From positions 47,049 to 111,048 of the IMG/VR virus record IMGVR_UViG_3300021255_000131: DNA of 64,000 nucleotides; one strand, written 5' to 3'. Of this stretch, positions 9,297 to 16,940 are shown one piece after another (position 1 is the stretch's first letter; every line of letters begins with the position of its first letter). Under the pieces are notes generated by a model. It was given only the letters and a program-made list of their open reading frames with translations. It did not search any database and was not told the origin of the DNA. This stretch comes from a virus (Duplodnaviria > Caudoviricetes). Made by a program: the position numbers and the translations under genes.

Positions 9297-10645
9297 TTCT
9301 GCTCCTTCAGTTTCTCCAACGCTTCTTTTGCGTTATATTCGTTGCCGTCCTTGTCGATGAGGACTTTTTCTTTCTTGGTGGTGGCGAAGAGCCGCTTCAT
9401 AAACGGGATAAAGGTGACGCCTGTCTCTGCCAGGTTGATAGACTGGCAGGACGCGACGCACTGCTCAATGGCGCCGATATAGTTGCTGTTGCGGATCGCC
9501 GTTCTGATCGGGTCGCGGTAAGAACCGAGACACTGATGATATTGCAGATGCGGATTCGGAAGATACTGACGGGTCAGCTCTTCCGGATATTCGTAATTGC
9601 GGAAGACGGCCACGTCCGTGTTGAGCGCGTATATGGCGCACAGACGAATGCGGAAAACCGGATCATCCGAGAAGATCGCGTCCATCAGGAGTTTGCGGTC
9701 TTCTACCTTGCAGAAAGGCGGATCGGCGGTCATACGGTAGATAGAGCCGTTCGAGGAGGCACGGCGATAAAAGTCCAGGTCGAACCAGTCTGCGGTCGTC
9801 TTGACGTAGAATTTGATGGTGCCGTCGGAAACGTTGACAAGCTGAAGGTTCTTGTGCCGCTTGAAATAATCGACAAGCTCGGTGCTCTCGTTCTTCGGTC
9901 GGGCGAGCAGGGCTTCATATTTAATCGTCGCGTCGTTGACCTTCTGCACCAGGCGGGCGTATTCGGCGACATTATCTTCGAGCGCCGCCCGTGCGACCCG
10001 CAGGGTGTTGTTGGTTTCATCAATACTGCGTTCGAGCTCGACGTTGGCGAAGCGCTTAAGCAGGACTTCGTTCAGCTCGTTCTCAAGACCGGACTGACGG
10101 ACCAGCTTCGCGATCATGGACTCGAAGTCTCCAGAGGTGCGCTTGGTCATGGAGAAGCATAACTTCTTCTCGTCATCGGTCAGCGGCTTTTCATCAAATG
10201 GCGTTTTGATAAACAGCGGGAGCAGCGACATAAGCATGTGCGTCTTGCGGGTATCGAGCTCCTGCGAGAAGACGACCGCGCTGTTGATATCATGGTTGAC
10301 GAAGATCTGGCAGCTCAGCCATTTCGAAAGATAGTTTTCGGCCTTTTCGAGCTTGGTGTAGGCGGGATGCGACGCGGCGAACGAATCGTCGGTCGTGTGA
10401 ACGATATTGAAGGATTTCGGCAGCTGCGTGTCCGGGATCGGCCACGACTCCTTAATGCTTCTGAGGGTCAGGGTTTCGTCTTCCGGCAGCCTGTTAAACA
10501 AAAGAATCCTTGCCGTCGCGAGGCATGTGCTATCATCCGAATCGAACGGGTAATGTTTATCGACGCTGATTCTGCTGAGGATTCCGTGTTCGTTGCCGAA
10601 CGTGTCGGTCAGGCCGCGGACGGTATTGAATGTTGCGCTGAACAT
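9293..10645 (-). CDS. Coiled-coil protein with putative C-terminal prokaryotic E2-like domain (450 aa)
   Basis: C-terminal YLPNPHLQYHQCLG resembles the E2 His/Pro...CL catalytic segment; lies between the Ubl and JAB/E1 genes. Confidence 0.6.
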   Translation of the reverse strand: MFSATFNTVRGLTDTFGNEHGILSRISVDKHYPFDSDDSTCLATARILLFNRLPEDETLTLRSIKESWPIPDTQLPKSFNIVHTTDDSFAASHPAYTKLEKAENYLSKWLSCQIFVNHDINSAVVFSQELDTRKTHMLMSLLPLFIKTPFDEKPLTDDEKKLCFSMTKRTSGDFESMIAKLVRQSGLENELNEVLLKRFANVELERSIDETNNTLRVARAALEDNVAEYARLVQKVNDATIKYEALLARPKNESTELVDYFKRHKNLQLVNVSDGTIKFYVKTTADWFDLDFYRRASSNGSIYRMTADPPFCKVEDRKLLMDAIFSDDPVFRIRLCAIYALNTDVAVFRNYEYPEELTRQYLPNPHLQYHQCLGSYRDPIRTAIRNSNYIGAIEQCVASCQSINLAETGVTFIPFMKRLFATTKKEKVLIDKDGNEYNAKEALEKLKEQK

Positions 10646-10667
10646 AGTTACTCCTTTTGTTTAAGAG

Positions 10668-10694
10668 GCTGCCGCGAGTAAACCGCGGCAGCCC
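10668..10694. terminator. GC-rich hairpin between the Ubl and E2-like genes
   Basis: GGCTGCCGCG-AGTAAAC-CGCGGCAGCC; no clear U-tract. Confidence 0.4.
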
Positions 10695-10701
10695 TGAATG
10701 A

Positions 10702-11316
10702 TTACTGAATGGTGATGAAGCCCTTGATCTTCTCCTGATCCGCGTGGATGGACGCGACGGCGTCAGCGAAGTTCTCCTCGATCTTGTTCAGATAGAGCAG
10801 GCCCATGCCGATCTTGTCGGTCAGCTGGGCTTCGATATCATTGTCGCGGTCGACGCACATTGTGATGGTGGCGTAGCCTTCCTGGTTCGTGGCCTCGGAG
10901 AAGGTGGCGCCCTTATCGTTGATAGAGCCGGAGGAGCGGGTGGTCACGTCGATGCCGAAGAGCTGCTCGTTCTTCTTATCGTCCTTGTAGAGCTTCAGAG
11001 CCTCGGGGCGATACTTCTTCGCGAGCTGAATATCCTCGAGCTTCAGCGCGGAGGTGACGACAGCGGCTTCACCGATAACGGTCACGGTGGCGGCGTTATC
11101 CGCCTTCACGACGACGGACAGGTAGCAGGCATCCTCGATACCGTGCTGCGCGAATGTCTTATCGAGATCGCCGGGACGCAGGGAGCATCCGTCGATCTGG
11201 GTCATGCCGACGGAATAGTTGACGCGGTTCTCGTCGAGAACTTCGCGGACGGTGGCGTCTTCAGAAACGTTGATGGTTTTGCGGCCGGAATTGGTGATGA
11301 GGGTGATCTGGATCAT
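10702..11316 (-). CDS. Ubiquitin-like (beta-grasp) N-terminal domain (aa 1-75, ending KADNA) fused to a ~130-aa domain of unknown function
   Basis: MIQITLITNSGRKTINVSEDATVREVLD...IDGCSL...DLDKTFAQHGI...YLSVVVK parallels the ubiquitin pattern; AAAGGAG RBS before ATG at 11316. Confidence 0.72.
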   Translation of the reverse strand: MIQITLITNSGRKTINVSEDATVREVLDENRVNYSVGMTQIDGCSLRPGDLDKTFAQHGIEDACYLSVVVKADNAATVTVIGEAAVVTSALKLEDIQLAKKYRPEALKLYKDDKKNEQLFGIDVTTRSSGSINDKGATFSEATNQEGYATITMCVDRDNDIEAQLTDKIGMGLLYLNKIEENFADAVASIHADQEKIKGFITIQ

Positions 11317-11514
11317 TGTGTTTTCTCCTTTTTTTGATCGATAGTGAATTAATTTGATTTTTTGTGCGGCAAAATACACCGCGCGGCAACAATACGCGCC
11401 GCCAAAAATATATGTGGTTGTTCAGATGATGGTCAGGCGCTCGGGCCGGCTCTCACCTTAATCATGCGCTGCCTCCTTTCCTGTTGGCATAAAGATATAA
11501 ACGGAACGCTCCGT

Positions 11515-11847
11515 TTACAGCAATGAAAGAAATTCCGCGGGATCCGCTTCGAGCTCGTTCATTTCCGACTCCGAAAGCAGCATCCAGTCTGCCCAGTTGT
11601 ATGCCCGGTTGAACTGTTTTCTGTGTTCCTCGTTCGGGTCGATGCACGACAATGTGTAGGTTCTGGCATTTTTATACGTTATCTCGCATTTGTATCCCGC
11701 GAAAGTTGTCATTTCCGGAACAACGGATGGGCTGCGATGGGATTCGATGATATCCGGATGGATATAGACGACGCTGCCCTCTTTAAAAAGTTTGGTGCCC
11801 TCTCTCTCCTTGCATCTTTGATTTGCAAGTCCTTCAAAGTTGAGCAT
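11515..11847 (-). CDS. Small SH3/KOW-like protein, EFxxML family
   Basis: FKEGSVVYI...WADWML...AEFLSLL*. Confidence 0.75.
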   Translation of the reverse strand: MLNFEGLANQRCKEREGTKLFKEGSVVYIHPDIIESHRSPSVVPEMTTFAGYKCEITYKNARTYTLSCIDPNEEHRKQFNRAYNWADWMLLSESEMNELEADPAEFLSLL

Positions 11848-11848
11848 A

Positions 11849-12055
11849 TCAGCCTCCGAGCATTTGAAAATGCTTCTTCTCTGTCGTCGTGTCTTCCGGC
11901 ACCTTTCTGAGCTGCGAGGCGCGGAAGTATCGCTTTCCTCCCAACTGGTTGCGGCAGGTGTAATAAACGTCTCCGTCCTGTCCGGTGTCTATGACCTCGT
12001 AAATGTCACCGGTGGCCACGTATAAAACCGCATCTCCGTTCTGATACCTTCTCAT
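11849..12055 (-). CDS. Small SH3/KOW-like protein, EFxxML family (degenerate tag)
   Basis: YQNGDAVLY...KHFQMLGG*. Confidence 0.7.
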   Translation of the reverse strand: MRRYQNGDAVLYVATGDIYEVIDTGQDGDVYYTCRNQLGGKRYFRASQLRKVPEDTTTEKKHFQMLGG

Positions 12056-12339
12056 ACAAGCATTCCTTCAAATTCTTCGGCCGTGACGGGGTCTTCCGTT
12101 TCCGGTGGGACAAACATGTAATCGGCCCAGTAAAACGGGCATTCCTCGAGCGTGTATGAATCCGGATGCACGTGTTGAATGGTCATTTCCTGGCCTCGGT
12201 AGTCGAGCATATCGCTGACGACGGACGGACCAAAATCGAGATCGTCGGTCAGGTCCGTTCTGACGACAACTTTATCGCCGACCTGAAACAGATCGGCATT
12301 GGCATGTTCCAAACAATATTCATCTGTCAATTCAGGCAT
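12052..12339 (-). CDS. Small SH3/KOW-like protein, EFxxML family
   Basis: FQVGDKVVVR...YWADYMF...EEFEGMLV*. Confidence 0.8.
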   Translation of the reverse strand: MPELTDEYCLEHANADLFQVGDKVVVRTDLTDDLDFGPSVVSDMLDYRGQEMTIQHVHPDSYTLEECPFYWADYMFVPPETEDPVTAEEFEGMLV

Positions 12340-12396
12340 ATTTGCTCCTTCATGAATCGTGTTGTTAGAAAAGATCTCCTTCGTGATATCCGGCGT

Positions 12397-12693
12397 TCAC
12401 AGCAGCATGGCTTCAAACTCAGTCATGGAAACGTCTTCTTCGGGCGGTACCAGCATATAATCCTGCCAGTAGTAGGTTCGTATACGACAATCTTCGCCGC
12501 TCAGACGATAATAGACACCCTTTCTCTGGGCGACGAAGGCTGGTTGTCCCGACAACTCGGTCATTAGCTCAGTGACGACCTTGCCATACGGCATCCTTTT
12601 TATCAGGTCCGGTCTGATGACAACGGCGTCTCCGACCTGAAACCATTCCGCTTTGCAGTGCGCTTGACAATAATCCGGTGTTAATTTTTCCAT
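12397..12693 (-). CDS. Small SH3/KOW-like protein, EFxxML family
   Basis: FQVGDAVVIR...YWQDYML...TEFEAMLL*; clear paralog of 12052-12339. Confidence 0.8.
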   Translation of the reverse strand: MEKLTPDYCQAHCKAEWFQVGDAVVIRPDLIKRMPYGKVVTELMTELSGQPAFVAQRKGVYYRLSGEDCRIRTYYWQDYMLVPPEEDVSMTEFEAMLL

Positions 12694-12707
12694 TGTTACC
12701 TCCGAAA

Positions 12708-12781
12708 TAGGGCTTCTTGGACTCGAACCAAGGACCTGCGCTTTATAAGAGCGCTGCTCTGACCTGCTGAGCTAAAGCCCC
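12708..12781 (-). tRNA. tRNA-Ile(UAU)
   Basis: Cloverleaf GGGGCTTTAGCTCAGCAGGTCAGAGCA-GCGCT-CTTATAA-AGCGC...GGTTCGAGTCC-AAGAAGCCCTA; anticodon TAT. Confidence 0.9.
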
Positions 12782-12784
12782 GGA

Positions 12785-12855
12785 CTGAGGCGGCGGGAGT
12801 TGAACCTGCGATGCGGGAGTCAAAGTCCCGTGCCTTACCGTTTGGCGACGCCTCA
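12785..12855 (-). tRNA. tRNA-Gln(UUG)
   Basis: TGAGGCGTCGCCAAACGGTAAGGCA-CGGGA-CTTTGAC-TCCCG...GGTTCAACTCC. Confidence 0.9.
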
Positions 12856-12934
12856 ATAAAAAGAGCCTGCGTGCCGAACCTATAGCACGCAGGCTTGCGC
12901 AGAAAGGATTGCTGACTTGTTTCACATCAGCAAC

Positions 12935-13010
12935 TGGTGGAGACTGGCGGAATTGAACCGCCGGCTTCCTGCTTGCAAAGCAGGCGCTCTGCTAACTGAG
13001 TTAAGTCCCC
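12935..13010 (-). tRNA. tRNA-Ala(UGC)
   Basis: G3:U70 acceptor pair, CCTGC-TTTGCAA-GCAGG anticodon arm, encoded CCA end. Confidence 0.93.
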
Positions 13011-13110
13011 ACGTGCACCGGTTAGATTATAGCGCCCAAACCGGTGCCAAAACGACGTACAGAAGTGCCGGTCATGACTCCGGCATACTGCCCCCTGTAA
13101 GGCAGCATCT

Positions 13111-13180
13111 TAGACCCTGCCTGACTCGAACAGGCGCATAAGCCATACTCGCTTCGCTCTGCCAACTGAGCTAAGGATCC
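13111..13180 (-). tRNA. tRNA-like element with aberrant anticodon arm
   Basis: Intact acceptor stem, D arm (TAGCTCAGTTGGCAGAGC) and T arm (GCCTG-TTCGAGT-CAGGC); 4-bp anticodon stem with non-canonical loop GAGTATG. Confidence 0.65.
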
Positions 13181-13431
13181 ATATGCGCGTAAACCTCACC
13201 GATGTAAACCGCGCCGCTGCGTTCTTACGTCTGCCGACTTCTTCGCTTTTGCTCCATTAGCAGATCAAACGTCAGCTTTAACCGCTTCTCTCTTGTGCGG
13301 AGGTTTTGTTTGCAACGCTGCAAACAAGGTGTGGGATTGGATCAAAGGCAAGACTAATTGCGCAACCCAAGCCTTCTGTTCCAACGGCGTTGCGCGTGAG
13401 CTGCGCCATTTTCCGGCAGCTCGTCCCGACG

Positions 13432-13504
13432 AGGCCCCTGCGTGACTTGAACACGCGACAAGCTGGTTAACAGCCAGCTGCTCTGCCAGCTGAGCTAAGG
13501 GGCC
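13432..13504 (-). tRNA. tRNA-Asn(GUU)
   Basis: GGCCCCTTAGCTCAGCTGGCAGAGCA-GCTGG-CTGTTAA-CCAGC...GTGTTCAAGTCAC. Confidence 0.9.
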
Positions 13505-13507
13505 ATG

Positions 13508-13723
13508 TTACAGCATTTGAAAAAATTCGGATTCTTCTACGGGGGCGCACAGATAATCGAAATCGTCGTCTTCGACCCAATACTTGCCACCGGGGCCGTC
13601 AACAAAGATGTTACTGCCATTGACCTCCAGGACCGTGCCGATCCAGCCCGTTTTTGTAATCGAATAATAAACCGACGCTTTTTCGTTGCCGACGACCTCG
13701 TCGCCTATAGAAAATTTAGGCAT
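13508..13723 (-). CDS. Small SH3/KOW-like protein, EFxxML family
   Basis: FSIGDEVVG...ESEFFQML*; AAAGGAG RBS. Confidence 0.8.
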   Translation of the reverse strand: MPKFSIGDEVVGNEKASVYYSITKTGWIGTVLEVNGSNIFVDGPGGKYWVEDDDFDYLCAPVEESEFFQML

Positions 13724-13895
13724 AGAAGACTCCTTTCAAAAAAGATCTCGCCCGGGGACGTAAGTTATTGTGGAACCGTCCCCGGACTTGCAGTCACACT
13801 GCCATGGCCTGTTTATCCTGCGGCATTTATGGACTGTGCCGTAAACCTCGCGTTGCATCCGAGCTCAACGCATGCTCTGAAAGGAGGTAATCACA

Positions 13896-13959
13896 TGGCT
13901 CCCTGCCCGAGTCGAACGGGCTATTCCAATATGGCGTGTCGTCGTAACACTATGGGAGC
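13896..13959 (-). tRNA. Truncated tRNA-like element with collapsed anticodon arm, ending in CCA
   Basis: GCTCCC/GGGAGC acceptor pairing, GTGT..ACAC D stem, GCCCG-TTCGACT-CGGGC T arm; only CCA-TAT-TGG in the anticodon position. Confidence 0.55.
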
Positions 13960-14216
13960 ATGGCGGTGAATTCCTCTATGTCGACATCATTATATGGCGA
14001 AAAATACTCATCGTGCGTTAATTGAAAAGTCTTTCCGTTGGCCCAGCGGTAGCAATATTCGCCGCAGTCATACCTTAAGAATACGACGGGATAATTCGTT
14101 TCGTCCAGCAGCATCCTGGCGAAGCCAGGGTTCATACCTTCTCCTCTGGAGGTGCGTCTACTGGCCGCGCATTCGCGGCCGTAGTCGTTAAGGATCAAAA
14201 GATCTCCTGTTTCCAT
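13950..14216 (-). CDS. Small SH3/KOW-like protein, EFxxML family
   Basis: METGDLLIL...IEEFTAMLP*. Confidence 0.75.
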   Translation of the reverse strand: METGDLLILNDYGRECAASRRTSRGEGMNPGFARMLLDETNYPVVFLRYDCGEYCYRWANGKTFQLTHDEYFSPYNDVDIEEFTAMLP

Positions 14217-14225
14217 ACAAACTCC

Positions 14226-14498
14226 TTATAGCAATTTTAAAAAATCATCTTCAGCAGCCTCTTCGACGTACGGTATGATATAATGACCTTCGAGCCCCAG
14301 ACAATAATATGAGCCTATGTGTTCTGCCAATTCAAAGCACCCATCTTGCACTTTGGTGATCATCAGCGGCTTTCCGTTGGCGAAATCTCGTCCGAGTTTG
14401 AGTTTTTCCGCTGAAAAACTGCTCATGTAAATTTGTCTGACGTGAGCTGCTTCTTCCGGTTTTACTACAACCATATCGCCAACTTTTAATTTTTCCAT
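14226..14498 (-). CDS. Small SH3/KOW-like protein, EFxxML family (start reassigned to 14498)
   Basis: GGAG RBS then MEKLKVGDMVVVK...EDDFLKLL*. Confidence 0.75.
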   Translation of the reverse strand: MEKLKVGDMVVVKPEEAAHVRQIYMSSFSAEKLKLGRDFANGKPLMITKVQDGCFELAEHIGSYYCLGLEGHYIIPYVEEAAEDDFLKLL

Positions 14499-14588
14499 TA
14501 TTTCGTCTCCAGTCGCGGGTTTATAAATTTTAAAAAGCGTCATTACGGCAAGACAGCTTGGCAAAGCAGTGGTAACTTCGGCCACGGT

Positions 14589-14629
14589 AAAAAAGCCGGG
14601 ATAGCCCAGGAGGAGGGAGCTATCCCGGC
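14589..14629 (-). terminator. Rho-independent terminator
   Basis: GCCGGGATAGC stem followed by a T6 tract on the minus strand. Confidence 0.6.
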
Positions 14630-14821
14630 AACGGTGAGGAGGTGATGCGCTCTTGTACGGCTTGACCGACGTTGACGGTCGCGGCCGCATAAAAAGGCGG
14701 AGCTGCCTTTCACAGCTCCGCGTCGTCGTCAAGTTCTTCAGCGTCTTCGAAGAGCGCCTCCGCGATATAGAAGGCCTCTATATCCTCAAAGGAGGCGTTT
14801 TCGCTGTACGGATCCATCTGC

Positions 14822-15226
14822 TTAGCCGAACGGGAACTCGTCGGGCTCCTCGGTCGCGGGAGCGGGAGCCGCGGGGGCTTCCTCGCCGTCACGCTTCTGC
14901 GCAGACAGGAACTCGAAGTTCTGGATGACGTTGATTTCGGGGCTGGCACGCCAGGACCCATCCTGCGTGGACTGATAGACCGACACCTTCAGCGGGCCTT
15001 CGACGAGCACCTGGGTGCCCTTCTTCAGGTACGGAGCGGTGTTGGTGGCCTGATTGCGCCACATGGTGCAGCGGACATAGGTGACGGGGCGCTGGCCCTG
15101 TTCGTCACGGCGGCCGGAGTTAGCGGCGACGGTGAATGTGCACACGGGCGTCTGCACGCCAGAAACATTGCGGTTGACCAGCACAGCGTCATTGGTCAGA
15201 TGTCCTACGATGGTGAGCTTATTCAT
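14822..15226 (-). CDS. ssb: Second single-stranded DNA-binding protein
   Basis: MNKLTIVGHLT, FTVAAN, YLKKGTQVLVEG; tail PDEFPFG. Confidence 0.92.
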   Translation of the reverse strand: MNKLTIVGHLTNDAVLVNRNVSGVQTPVCTFTVAANSGRRDEQGQRPVTYVRCTMWRNQATNTAPYLKKGTQVLVEGPLKVSVYQSTQDGSWRASPEINVIQNFEFLSAQKRDGEEAPAAPAPATEEPDEFPFG

Positions 15227-15397
15227 GTGATACCTCTTTCTGCCCGGCTAACGGGCGTGATCAATATTGGCGTAAGCCGAAGTTTTAGAACCTGTAGCAG
15301 GTTCAAAATATATCGTTTAGCGCCGGAGCATTCGTCTGCAGCGCTTAACGAGCGTATTTGCCGGCCGCGGAAATTGTTTTCTTTTCCCGCAAACCTT

Positions 15398-15428
15398 TCA
15401 TCATGGCTGCGGCCCGTCCCCGGGCCGC
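15398..15428. promoter_or_regulatory. Hairpin motif A, copy 1
   Basis: TCATCATGGCT-GCGGCCCG-TCCC-CGGGCCGC; seven covarying copies between 15.4 and 19.1 kb. Confidence 0.6.
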
Positions 15429-15461
15429 CCTGCTGGCGTAAAGACCAGCTGGGGAGGGGCG

Positions 15462-15641
15462 TCAGGCTTTCAATAAGCCGGTCGCAGGAAGCGGCGCTTT
15501 CTCGCCGAGATATTTGCTGAGCGTTCTGGCGATCTTGAGCCACGCTTCTCTGTCGTGTTCTTCCCTGGCGATCTTGTTGAGCACGCAGCCCATCGTCGGG
15601 TCGAGCTGCTTGGAGCCGTTGTAATACAAGCTTTTATCCAT
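15462..15641 (-). CDS. Small hypothetical protein (59 aa)
   Basis: AAAGGAG RBS, MDKSLYYNG... Confidence 0.65.
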   Translation of the reverse strand: MDKSLYYNGSKQLDPTMGCVLNKIAREEHDREAWLKIARTLSKYLGEKAPLPATGLLKA

Positions 15642-15673
15642 ACGACAATCTCCTTTCAGGCTACGTAAACCTT

Positions 15674-15704
15674 TCATCCTGGCTGCGCGGCGTCCCCGCC
15701 GCGC
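15674..15704. promoter_or_regulatory. Hairpin motif A, copy 2
   Basis: TCATCCTGGCT-GCGCGGCG-TCCC-CGCCGCGC. Confidence 0.6.
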
Positions 15705-15810
15705 CCTGCTGGCGTAACAACTGCCGGGCAGCGAAAATAAAGCACTTGTGCCGGCTTTCTATGGTTAAAAAAGTGAACTTAAAATGCGAAAAATGTAACA
15801 GAAATTTAAC

Positions 15811-15839
15811 TTGACAGCGATTTTTCGCGGCAGTATAAT
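15811..15839 (+). promoter_or_regulatory. Consensus sigma70/sigmaA promoter, antisense to the early arm
   Basis: TTGACA-17 bp-TATAAT with an A-rich UP region. Confidence 0.8.
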
Positions 15840-15855
15840 GGAATCCCGAGAAAAA

Positions 15856-15885
15856 CCACCATGGTGCCGCCCGTCCTCGGGCGGC
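15856..15885. promoter_or_regulatory. Hairpin motif A, copy 3
   Basis: CCACCATGGT-GCCGCCCG-TCCT-CGGGCGGC. Confidence 0.6.
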
Positions 15886-15992
15886 GTTGCCAAGAAGATA
15901 GAAACGAGCCAAGCAAGAACAGTGAACATTAGCTTGGCCGGCTTAAGGCGAGATATGGTTATAAACATGTATAATCTGGTACCAGAAAATAC

Positions 15993-16020
15993 TGTCGACA
16001 TTCAAGAATCGATATATATG
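15993..16020 (+). promoter_or_regulatory. Phage-specific promoter-like motif B, copy 2
   Basis: TGTCGACATTCAAGAATCGATATATATG-GAAAG. Confidence 0.65.
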
Positions 16021-16587
16021 GAAAGAGAAGCCCAAAACGCAGAAGTACGCGAATCGCGTGAAGCGCGATTCGCCTGATAACTACACGACGGTTAAAAGAT
16101 AACCGAAGTGAAGCTGACAGGACGGCATTGAATAAAGCGTCGTTCCCATGGAAGGAACGACGCGCTGAAACAGTGAAAACTTAGGCTTGAAGAGAAACGC
16201 AGGACCTGCATAACAGGACCTGCAATGAAAAATATCTCCCGTCGCCCATGGAAGGCGACGGGAGGGTGATGAAGATAACATGTCTAAAGAAAGAAAAGAA
16301 CCTCGAAGCTGACACGCTGAAGTCAAAAGAAAGAAACGAACTTTCTTTCTTTTCAGGCACGATGAAGATAACTACAGAGGGTAGAGAGATAACACCTCCT
16401 CGATATAGGAATAAAAAAGGAATCAAAAGGACAAAACTGTGAAAGAACTACTCGTGCTTCTGAGTAAACACAAGATATTGTATCCGATTCCCCTCCTTTC
16501 TACTACATCTTGATATATCTCCAATATTGCTGATATATCACCTCTTTTCCTGTTATCGTTCGGCATGGTTTTAAGTTAGCAGTGTAA

Positions 16588-16625
16588 ATAGGGGAGCGCC
16601 GGTGAAGCGCTCCCCTTATTTTTTA
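16588..16625 (+). terminator. Rho-independent terminator, possibly bidirectional
   Basis: GGGGAGCGC/GCGCTCCCC stem followed by TTATTTTTT. Confidence 0.7.
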
Positions 16626-16925
16626 CATATGCACGTCGTAGCCTTTCAGCCAGTCAGGATTCACCGCCATTGTATCCGCTAACACGGTGAACTTGTCATC
16701 TTTCGGGCAGTACTTTTCATGTTCGTAGTTGTAGACATCCTGGTATGAAATTCTGATGCCGGATCCGTTGGCTTTCAGGTTTGCCATTTTGACGAGCTGT
16801 ATTCTGGACATGGGCTTACCGTCAACACCGTGCATCGTTCTCCACTGGATAGAGCGTTGGCCGAGCGTAGCAACTTTGTGGGTGGACACTCTGCGATAGG
16901 CTACCGAATTGTAGGGATACATCAT
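16623..16925 (-). CDS. XRE-type helix-turn-helix protein
   Basis: SRIQLVK...ISYQDVYNYEHEKYCP...LADTMAVNPDWLKG. Confidence 0.72.
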   Translation of the reverse strand: MMYPYNSVAYRRVSTHKVATLGQRSIQWRTMHGVDGKPMSRIQLVKMANLKANGSGIRISYQDVYNYEHEKYCPKDDKFTVLADTMAVNPDWLKGYDVHM

Positions 16926-16940
16926 AATACGTTTCCTCCT

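Noticed and set aside
12743-13141. ORFs 12743-12925 and 12917-13141
   Set aside because: They overlap clear tRNA genes.
14710-14817. 35-aa very acidic peptide after the second ssb as a DNA mimic
   Set aside because: No clear RBS and too short to support from sequence alone.
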